The notes beneath the pieces were generated by a model. The model was not told where the DNA came from. It did not search any database and saw only the letters and a program-made list of their open reading frames with translations. A stretch of 64,000 nt of DNA, from assembly GCA_021613535.1 (NCBI GenBank), contig CP075492.1, forward strand, positions 13,578,001 to 13,642,000. Direction: 5' to 3'. The translations under genes were made by a program, and so were the position numbers. The DNA is from Adineta vaga. Its lineage: Eukaryota > Animalia > Rotifera. This document shows positions 37,862-47,831 of this stretch, in pieces; within the stretch, counting starts at the first letter, position 1, and every line of letters begins with the position of its first letter.

Positions 37862-38470
37862 ATGTTATTCGTTAAATGTATGCTTCTGTTGCTAATTGTT
37901 GCTGGTGAAATCGATGCTAACAGTGGATCGTTGCGTGAATATTCTCTACGCAAGGATTATTTCAATGGTATTAAAGTAGCAGAATTTACTGTAACTGATA
38001 TTTCGAAAAAAACTGTTTATTATCGTATTGAATCGAAGTTTTCTTTCATGCCGAAATTTGAACTCATTGACTATTCATCAAAACAAGTCGTTGGTAATCT
38101 TGATAGTAAAGTAGGTTCAATTACACTTAGTTTACTCGATAGTAAAACTGGTCAACGATTAACTGGTTCGATGAAAGCTCATCTGACCTTAACAAAAGGT
38201 CTTCGATATACTATTGAATTAGCTGGTCGACAAATTAAAATGGAAAGTAACTTATTCTCTACTCTTACAACTTTTCGTGATGAATCACAAGATGGTGCTA
38301 TTCTAGCTCGATTTCAACGAGAATCTTTTTCACCTATCACCGCAACGACTTACGGTTTACAAGTATATTCCAATGATATACCCGATGGTCTCTATATGTT
38401 AGCTCTTGCATGGACAGATATTGGTAGAAGTGAAAGTTATACTAATGGTATGCTCAAATGGAAAAATTGA
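37862..38470 (+). CDS. LURP-one/Tubby-C/scramblase-like protein with signal peptide
   Basis: Beta-barrel pattern YYRIES..LARF.R..YGLQVYSNDIPD.LY.L.L with a C-terminal helix. Confidence 0.65.
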   Translation: MLFVKCMLLLLIVAGEIDANSGSLREYSLRKDYFNGIKVAEFTVTDISKKTVYYRIESKFSFMPKFELIDYSSKQVVGNLDSKVGSITLSLLDSKTGQRLTGSMKAHLTLTKGLRYTIELAGRQIKMESNLFSTLTTFRDESQDGAILARFQRESFSPITATTYGLQVYSNDIPDGLYMLALAWTDIGRSESYTNGMLKWKN

Positions 38471-38727
38471 CTTTTCATATTTATTGAGAGCGAGTGAAAT
38501 TAGTTCGTAAGAAAGAAAGTTGTGTTTGATTTACTTTTGATAAAGTACTGAATAAACTATTCAACATATTCCATTCTACGTGTTATTCATACTGATAGAG
38601 AGTAAAAAGAAAGATAAGAATGAAAAGGAAAAAATTAGATATTTATGTTTATTCACATGCATATTAACACAATCATTCATAAAATTTTTTTTCTCCATCG
38701 TTGTAATAGAAGCCGATTATCGTGACA

Positions 38728-39930
38728 ATGGAATCTGAAGATATGAGAAAGCGTTTTATGGAAAATTTTACTGAAGAAAAATACGATAAATTCGTTGAAA
38801 TGATCAATGATGAATTACCAACTCCTGTCGGATTTCGTCTCGCTGAAACACCATTATTTCTCACTAATGAAATTCGTGAGAGATTAAGTCATGCTGGTGA
38901 TCAAATTATTGATTTTATTTTACGTCCAGATTTTAAACAATTAACCGAAAAAGCAATTCCAGATAAATGGCGTTGTGCAAATGAAAATGACCATCCGAAT
39001 ATTGTTACCATGGATTTTGGACTTTGGAAAGATAAAACTGATAAGATAGTACCACGATTAATTGAATTACAAGGATTTCCATCTTTACATGCTTTATCAG
39101 CTTTTCAAGAAGATGCTTATCGTACAGCTTATGATATTCCTGATAATTGGACGATCTATTTTACTGATTTTGATAAAACTCGTTATTTGAATTTATTCAA
39201 AGAAATTATCATTGGTTCACATCATCCTGACGAAGTTATACTCATGGATATCAAGCCACATGAACAACATACAGCAGTAGATTTTTATTTAACACAGAAA
39301 TATTTAGATATACCGATTGTTGATTTAAAAGATTTGAAACAAGAAGGAAGAAAGTTATTTTATGAACATGAAGGTCAACGAAAATTAATTAAACGAATTT
39401 ATAATCGTTTGATATTCGATGAAGTTGTTGATGATCCGAATATTTTCAAGGATAATGTTGATCTTCGACAAGATCTTGACGTTGAATGGATCAATCATCC
39501 TAATTGGTTTTATCGAATTAGTAAATTTCTATTACCAATTCTTAAAGGTGATTGTATACTAAAAACATATTATTTAAATGAAATTCTCGACATGATACCC
39601 GATGATTTGGAGAATTATGTTTTAAAACCGTTATTTTCATTTGGTGGTACTGGTATTGTTATTGATGTAACAAAGAAAGATATTGAAAAGATAAAAGATC
39701 CAGAAAATTGGATTTTAGAAAGTAAAATTGAATATGAACCTGCTTTTCAAAATGATGATAATGCGATGGTTAAAGCAGAAATTCGTCTAGTATATTTTTG
39801 GCCGGATAGAGACAAACGACCAATCTTAACAACAAATTGTACTCGATTAAGTACAGGTAAAATGATCAATGCACAACTAAATAAAAATGAACGATGGGTT
39901 GGTGGAACAATTTCATTTATACAATCATAG
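38728..39930 (+). CDS. Circularly permuted ATP-grasp / glutathionylspermidine-synthase-like ligase, bacterial (Bacteroidetes)-type
   Basis: PRLIELQGFPSL, IKRIYNRLIFDE, HPNWFYRISK, YVLKPLFSFGG.G and RLSTGKM..NK..WVGG motifs. Intronless. Confidence 0.8.
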   Translation: MESEDMRKRFMENFTEEKYDKFVEMINDELPTPVGFRLAETPLFLTNEIRERLSHAGDQIIDFILRPDFKQLTEKAIPDKWRCANENDHPNIVTMDFGLWKDKTDKIVPRLIELQGFPSLHALSAFQEDAYRTAYDIPDNWTIYFTDFDKTRYLNLFKEIIIGSHHPDEVILMDIKPHEQHTAVDFYLTQKYLDIPIVDLKDLKQEGRKLFYEHEGQRKLIKRIYNRLIFDEVVDDPNIFKDNVDLRQDLDVEWINHPNWFYRISKFLLPILKGDCILKTYYLNEILDMIPDDLENYVLKPLFSFGGTGIVIDVTKKDIEKIKDPENWILESKIEYEPAFQNDDNAMVKAEIRLVYFWPDRDKRPILTTNCTRLSTGKMINAQLNKNERWVGGTISFIQS

Positions 39931-40015
39931 AACTGAATTATTTTATTGTTCTTTTTATTCTATTTTTTTGTATAAATATAATTATCATAATGATGAACTT
40001 AAATCAAACATATAT

Positions 40016-41085
40016 CTAGTCCTTCACACAATAATACAAGGTAGTACAAGGACAACAACATAGAAAACCACACAACCAAAAACAACAAGAATGACTTCGA
40101 TGTGTGGAGACATCATTGTTGTGATCATTTCGAATTGGTTTATTTAGTGTTGAATTTTGTGTTTCTGAATAATATGATCTATCTAAATACAGAAAAGAAA
40201 CCGTGTAATAGAAACATTTTGCAAATTTTATTTACTATCTTGTAATGGTTTAGTTGGCTGTTTATATATTGGATTGTATGACACTGGTTCATAGAATATT
40301 GAAATTTGCGTTCGATTTGTATGATGTGTTGGAACTACATGACTAATAGTAGGGAAAGATTCTAAAAGAGGATATTTTGGTTGTGCTTCTTTGAGTTGAA
40401 TAATACAAAGTTGACCAGATTGTGGAAGAATACTTTTAACTACAAACTCTCGTGCTGCTGGAAGAAGAATTTCATCTTCACGTCTAAAATATGAATGCTG
40501 TCGAATATCCTTGCCATTTTCACATTCAATAGTAAATAATGTACGAGCACCTGTTGAACCAAGAAATGCTTCATTATTTAGAACATCCATTGTTGATGTA
40601 CACGAACTAAAGCCCCACCAAACGATATGTTCTCCTTTGCGGTAGCGGTCTCTTTGATCATTTTTCACACCACGATAAACTGTTTGTATTTTTGAAGGAA
40701 GTAGAGAAAGTGCTGTAAATAATAATTTTAAATATAAAAGCCATGGTTTTAAATTTTGACGATCTGCTGTACGAAGAACTCTATTTAATGAATAATAAAC
40801 ACTAGTTTCTCGTGGTTCCCATTCAAGTGTGTAAAGCATTACAGCACCTGATAAATCTATCGTAAGATTATCGGGTGGTGGTCTTAGACATCTTTGTTTA
40901 GCAGTATAAGCCATTTGACGAACTTCTGGAATAAATGGAGTAAGAGGTTGTACAGCTTCTTCAAGTGAAACAAGGGGCATTCGATCATAGCCTCGAATGG
41001 GTGTCATCATCACTAAAGGTTCTTCATTTACATCCATAAACCGTTGGCATTTGCTAGATAGATCATTGCTAGTTAACGTGAACAT
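40016..41085 (-). CDS. NAD:arginine ADP-ribosyltransferase with Cys-rich C-terminal anchor (2 exons)
   Basis: VYRG / FSSCTS / EDEILL motifs. Intron 40183-40235 adds an exon ending SCCFWLCGFLCCCPCTTLYYCVKD*. Confidence 0.88.
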
Positions 41086-42611
41086 GATGAGAAAAAACTT
41101 AGTTATATCTGAAATTTATATTCGTAGACTAAAAATTGAAAATATTCACGATAATATACAGAAATGATTAGAGAAATGAATATTAAAATATTCATATCTA
41201 CCTATTTGGTTTGTGTCTCGATCTAGATATTTGGATTACCGGACCTTCGCCAATACGACTGTTTCATTCAACTAACTTTTGCATAAAAAATATACAAAGT
41301 TTTGTACTCACTATCAAAATCAATACCACGATTGTTTACCAGTTGTAGTTCTGAATCAGTTTTATGAGCGGTAAAAGTTAAAACTTTTAATAGATCTTTC
41401 CATAACAGCTCAAACTGCGGTCACTAACCTTTTCTGAAAAAAAGAATTAATTCGTCACGGTAGTATGTATTTCTGCCATCTGTTCGGTAATACTTGACTA
41501 CTATTGTTCGTCACTATCTATTTTTATGCTTATGTACTTCTTGTTAAAATCAAACAGTAAACTTTCAATAATTTCAAAACTAATGCTTATTAGTTTAGGG
41601 TAACTATGATCTGTACAATCTTATGTATCGGCGTAGTCATGACTATTCGTATATAAACGCATTTTATTTTGGTATAATCGTACTTAGAGAAACGTATCGA
41701 TTTTCATCAGAATTGCGAGATGAGAAACCTAAGAAATAGTTTTTTTCCTAGAAAAACTATGAATGTAATCATCTGCAGCAACAATTAGTATTATATAGTC
41801 TGAGTTATTGCTATAGTTAAGTTGGAAAATACCATAAAGAATCAATTAGAAAGTTAAAGTTGATGAGTTTTTTACTACTCAGACAAAAAAAAAGAGTAAA
41901 GAAATGAATCATTTGACGCGTAACAATACACATTTTAACGTAAAAAACTACTCTGTTTTTCCGAAAAATACTGTAAAATAATTATCCGAACAAGTTTTCT
42001 TTTGGTTGATAAAAAAAGAATATTTTTTTAATCGTTAAAGTTTGTATATTTTACATCGAGCACGTGAAGTATTTTGTAGTACATCAAATAAGACAAAAGT
42101 TCTATTTACGATATTCTATTTCTTTCTCTCAACTATTCCATTCGGTATTTTGCTTGTGCAACGGTTCCATTTGTTGCAAAGTTAACAAAATGAAATTAAT
42201 AGTACTGAAAAGGTGTCTGTTTGGAGAGTTTCAGAATTATAAAAGTTATCTACACAGCATCATTTCAAAATATTTTGGAGCAAGTGAATTTAAATGAATA
42301 TATTCGAACGACAAAAACTACTAGCTTGACATAGACATTCTGAAGATGGATTTTGTGTCGCATTTTCATCAAGATGACACTGATAAGAACTGGTGTTTTG
42401 TTAGTGAAGGAAAAAACACTGATATCAACATTTTTTCTTTTCTATTCCATTGTTTTACATCAACAAAGAGAAATTAAAAGTAAAGTGAAGATATCTATTT
42501 CATTTCATTCTATTGAATTTATAGTTTAGCATCCCAGACGTGCTTTTCCACTTATCGATTTTCTAACTCTTATTGACGAAATCATTCATAACGATCGATT
42601 CTTAAAGAAAA

Positions 42612-43827
42612 ATGACGCTTGAAGTCGTTCCTGAAGATGGTAACTTAAAATTTTATGGTAAGAGAAAAATTCTTGAAATTGAAATTGTAAAAGCATAATT
42701 CATCCGTAATGATCTATTTTAAGGCCCATTCAATGTAGTTTCGATAACGAAAATAACTTTATTCAATAAGGGCAATGATCGTCTTATTTTTAAGATAAAA
42801 ACAACAGCACCGAAACGTTATTGTGTTAAACCAAATACAGGATTTCTTGACCCAAACACGAGCACCACTGTTCAAAGTATGCCTATATTTTCTTTTTCAA
42901 CCATTAAATGTTTCGTCTAGTTATCCTGCAGCCAGCACGCCCTAATAATCAAAATAATGAATTTGTTAATCATAAATTTATGTTGCAATGGTCTGTGGTA
43001 CCTAGAGATTATGACGGTGATGAAAATAGTTTTGTAAGTAAATATGTTATTGTATGATATGTTATTTCTCTGTTTCTATTCATTAGTGGGAACAATATAT
43101 ATCAAAATCCCATTGTATACAGGATAAAGATGCGTTGTGTTTTTGTTGATGGTCGCTTGGAAAATAAAGAAGTAAATATCTGATTCCGACATATTTTATT
43201 CAATGACAGGAAATATTTTCTGTTTTTACGTTTTAGACTCAAACTGATGCACATCAAGAAACTCCAGTGTTAACAACAAAAATAGATTTTCTTGATTCTG
43301 ACCGTGTAGTTGACGGTCCACCTGAACCAGAACTTTTATGTTCAATTTGTCAGAATGTTTTATGGAAACCTGTTGCTTGTATAACCTGTGAAAATGCTTT
43401 TTGTTCAAAATGTATTCACATGTGGATTGAACGGTTAGATGTGAGTTGTCAAACAACTTGTCCTTTCAAATGTAATTTCAACAAAAAACGAGCACCACCT
43501 ATTCTCAACAGCCTTCTATCCAAACTTAAGATTTATTGTGTGTATCGCGACAATGGTTGTCAACAAATACTCAACTATGACGTTTTAGAGAATCATCAAC
43601 AAACTTGTGACTATAAAGATATAGTGTGTCCTGTTTGTCAGATGTGTATAACAAAACAGGACCCTACCAATACTGTACATGACATTCGTCAGTGTTTCGC
43701 TGGTATAAAAAATACACAAACTGTTGGTCAGATCCAAGCACAATTGACTATGCTATTGGATATTATTGATCACCAAAAGAAACACATTCAGACTCTTGAA
43801 AATCGACTCAATAGCTCAACAGAATAA
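42612..43827 (+). CDS. VAP-type MSP domain fused to RING/TRAF zinc finger (5 exons; one apparent frameshift near 43128)
   Basis: Exons give FKIKTTAPKRYCVKPNTG, HKFMLQ and KMRCVF. The last acceptor (~43237) splices in frame into the RING CSIC..C..CENAFC..C..CPFKC. Confidence 0.8.
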
Positions 43828-44040
43828 ACTGTATTTTTGAAATCTTCTCTTTTTGTATTTTGCGAAATTCTTATATTTTATTTAAGAAAAACAAACAAGT
43901 ACATGATGACAGATCATATTTGCTGCTTAGTCTATGTGTCATAAATTTTGTTCCAAAATATATATCTAAAGACGACGAGGACAAATTACTCCACTAGAAT
44001 AGCTAATATTGAATTTATTTGATTTTTAATCGTTAGATGA

Positions 44041-44773
44041 TATTTGAAAATTTCACACATAGGTAATAGGCCAGATCTCATGGCGATAAAAGCTCATAAG
44101 GGAAAAACTGAAGCTATTGTAGCAGCAGCGGGCGTGAAAGTACCTTTTGGTAAAGTACTTCATCGCAAGGAGATGTACCAACGATTTCACCGCCATGAAT
44201 TGTGAAACCTGCTAGTACTGATAATTCTTTAGAAGTATTTCTAGTCAAAGATGTCGGTAATTATGATGCAGCATTGAATTAGAAAGCATTTGAACATGGA
44301 GATGAAGTTATTGTCGAAATATCTATTAAACCTGGTCGAGAAGTTCGATGCAGCATTATTGTCAGAAATGAACAAATGATTGGTTTACTACTTGAAGAAT
44401 ATCTATAGTTGATCATAATAAAAGACCCATTCGTACCTATGCTGAAAAGTTTCCAATTGTAGATAACGATGATAAACTTCATGGTTAGACGACAAGTGAT
44501 ATTAAAACATATTGGATCACGGATTCTAATGATCCAATCACTGAAAAAGTTCAGGAAACAGCATAGAAATGTCATATGGTTTTAGGTTGTCGTCACTATA
44601 TTATGCATGATATTCGTATTGATCCTCAAGGAGAACCATGGTTTTTGGAAGCCGGTTTATATTGTTCTTTTGGATACGGAAGTGGTATTCCTCATATTGT
44701 AAAAGCAGCTGGAATAACTTTAGATGAATTATTCGCTATGATGGTTAAAGAAGCTTTGAAGTCTACTGAATGA
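44041..44773 (+). pseudogene. mysD-like: MysD-like D-Ala-D-Ala ligase family (mycosporine-like amino acid synthesis), 5'-truncated and disrupted
   Basis: IGNRPDLMAI.AHK..AIVAAAGVKVP, VKPASTDNSL, GREVRC, EEYL, PIRTYA and DPITEKVQE.A.KCH.LGCRHY..RIDPQGEPWFLEAGLYCSF. Several stops and frameshifts. Confidence 0.85.
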
Positions 44774-44863
44774 TTTTTTTTTCCTATTTTTTTTTCAAAT
44801 AAAAACCTCTCCTACAACTACGATTAATTTTAGCTCTAATAGATATATTATTTATCATTTTAG

Positions 44864-45657
44864 ATGACTCATGTCGATGTATCTGATTTCTTATCAAGTC
44901 TAAAATCTATCAATATTTATGATCGATTGAAAATTCTCGGTTTGAAAACCACCGATCTACAATCCAAATGTAAAACGAATATTAATCTCAGGTGGAGGGT
45001 TGGCAAAAGCATTAGAATTAGCTCGTTTATTATACGGGGCTGGTCGTTGCATTTACTGCTCATTGATTTTCTCGTTAAAGAAGCATTATCACCATTCAAT
45101 TCTGAAACTGTTCAAGACAGCCTAGAAAATACACAGATGTTGAGTGACAAGTATCTATTTGCCGATCGAATTCATTCATTAGGTTTGACAACGCCGAAAA
45201 CATACAAAATCATAAATCCTCAACAAGTTCTTGATTTCGACTTTTCTAAAGAACGTTCTCAATTCATTCTGAAAAGTATTTTAGGCAATAATATAACACG
45301 ATGGGATCTACTTAAATTGCCTTGCCAAACTCGACAACAAAAAATGCTTATGTTAATAGTTTAACAATTAATGAACATTTTCCATGGATTCTATAAGAAT
45401 GTATTCCCGATAAAGAATATTGTACATACAGACTATTTATAATGAAGAAGTAAGATTATATACTTGTTGTCAATCATCGTTTGATTTCATTGAGAGCAAC
45501 GAAAATGGTCGACCGTATGCAACTGCTCGTGAAATCTATTGAAAGTGAAATCAATTAAAGATTTATATTGTCAACTAAGTATATTTGTTCGTGGCGAAGA
45601 AGGAATCTGTTCTGTTGAAGATCCACTTCCCTTTCTTCTACATCATACAATCCCTTT
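44864..45657 (+). pseudogene. mysC-like: MysC-like ATP-grasp ligase (mycosporine-glycine synthase), internally deleted and disrupted
   Basis: ILISGG..KALELAR, TQMLSDKY.FA..LGL..PK..I.PQQV.DFDFS..ILKSI..R.DL.KLPC, PWIL*E.IP.KEYCT, CCQSS, FDFIE, DPLPFL.HH.IP. Confidence 0.82.
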
Positions 45658-45721
45658 AACAAAACAATTTAAATCTTCAAATAGTTTATTCTCTTCTCTC
45701 TTTCATATGTAACTTATTGTT

Positions 45722-47341
45722 TTACATGATAACAGTAGTGTTCGTCATTCGAAACATTCCTTGAATCCATTGAGCTTCTTTAGCACTGAAATCATTGTTT
45801 CGAATATCGACTATCTTCAAATCTTCGATCACATACATAGTATCCGGTAATGTCGTCAATGCATTGTTCGATAGATAAAAATTATTCAAACTATTGATCT
45901 TTGACAACGAAGCACTGGACATCGATGCAATTCGGTTGTTCTTAAATGATAATAATGAACAATTACGAGCAGTAATCGTCTCCAAACTACTAAGCGATGC
46001 GAGTTGATTACCATCGAATTCAATCGTGTGCAGATTAGGAATGTTTGCAGGAAGATGGTCGATGGTGCAATTCGAAGCTCGTAGTATGTTGAGTGATGTT
46101 GATCCAACAAGAGTGTCCACTGATGATAGACGAGGATTGTTTTGAAGAGATAATGATGTGAGAGATGGTAAACGACTGACAGTCCAAGGAAGACTAGTCA
46201 GTAGATTTTGATCGAGTGTCAATTGAGTGAGTGACGTCAGTTTACTGACATCGTCGGAAAGTGCTTCCAAACCACAGTTTACAATTGATAGAGTTGATAA
46301 ATGATTCAAATTGAATAATTCAGATGAAAATGGAGTTGATCGAGAGATATTTGATAAGAACAAGGATGTAAGCGAAGAAGAAAGACGACTGATCTCATCA
46401 GGAATGGTCACTGTCGGTGAATTAAGAATAGAAAGTTCTTGTAAACCATCGAGACAGAAAATAGCAGATGGAAGAGTTGGCACATTGACCAAAGTCAATC
46501 CACTGACACGACTATTTCTATCAACAATAGCATAGCTGGAAGTGGGCGGTGATGGTTGCTTTCCAGGTGGATTGATAGTAACACGAAATGGTAATGATTG
46601 GATAATTTGTTTATCCGATGTGTAGGTGGTTCCATCAATCGTACAATTCTGTTGTGGTGGTGTCTCTAGAAATAGAAAGAATTACAGACGAGATTAGATG
46701 AGATGAGATGAGAAGATTGAGCAAAAGTTATTTTACTTCGACAACCGTTCCAGCAAGCACATTTATTTTTTAAGGTAAATCGATAGTAATTTAGTGGGCC
46801 TTCTCCCAAGGCGTCCAATTCATTTGTTTCTTCATCAGTTGTACAAATCAATGAAATCGAGGCTATTTTGTTTTCATATAAATATGAGACAGTAGGATAA
46901 TCATCATTAGAACCTGTATTCCATTTGGCACTATCTTGTTTACCAAGAATGAAGGAAAACTGTTTGTCTTTGGTTGCTAAATAAAACACATACGAAATTG
47001 AACATGGTTACATAAAATAATGTACCTTGACAGACAGCAACATCGCTACAAACATCTCCTTCAGAAAATGGTTTACATGGATTGTAACTATAGACTATAA
47101 TTGCAAATCGTAATGAAGAAAAACTTCGGAGATCAGTGATGTTAAAAATCAACATACTGTAATTTGATCCAGCCGCCGGTGAAACATCTGGATATGCAGG
47201 CTTCCCATCTAGTCCCGATAACGAAGTTAGATCAATAATACCTTTTGAACTTTCAAATCGACACGGATCATCCGCAACAGCAAATACGAACAAAAGAGTG
47301 AAAAAACTTGCGAAATTCAGTATCGAAGACATCATCATCAT
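45722..47341 (-). CDS. Secreted MRH (M6P-receptor/ATG27-like) domain + LRR protein, copy 1 (4 exons)
   Basis: Signal peptide; IDLTSL, YSYNPC, VAVCQ, ISLIC and Y.F.L...CAC (MRH); LxxLxLxxN repeats. Introns near 47095-47157, 46977-47025 and 46666-46735. Confidence 0.85.
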
Positions 47342-47622
47342 GTCGAGTAACTTTTCTCACACAAACTGGCATGAATATGAGATGTAACAGTATTATTTAT
47401 TTATCTAGCTATCTTCTTATCTTTAGAAATAATTTCAGAACTTGTCCTTCATATGACGTCAGACCTAATAGAGGTGTATTTTCTTATTCAAGTCGTGATA
47501 AGACATAAAGCTGCGAGAAAAAATAAAGACTTCGAAGCTACTGAATTTTCATCTTATGCAAATTGTTATTTTATTCTTATTAAGTAGAAAGTATGTGTTA
47601 TTAGAAGAATATGAAAAAAAGG
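45724..47622. repeat. ~1.9-kb segmental duplication, copy 1 (direct repeat of ~52840-54750)
   Basis: Near-identical exons, introns and ~280 bp of upstream sequence. Confidence 0.95.
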
Positions 47623-47831
47623 AAGATACTCCCTAACTTTTCATCTTCACTTTGAAAACATGAAATACCACAAAAAGATTATGCTATCAGTCATTAATTC
47701 ATTTGTTGTCCTTTCAGACTATAGAAAAAAAACATCATTTTTCGTCAATGACGATATCGGTCAAATAGAGCGCATCACCGCGTCTATATAAATATCAACA
47801 TCTATCGCTTGAAAAGAAAAGACGAACGCAG

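Noticed and set aside
44041-44773. Peptidoglycan Ddl or vancomycin-resistance ligase
   Set aside because: The WFLEAGLYCSF motif (rather than EVNTxPG) and adjacency to mysC-like fit MysD better
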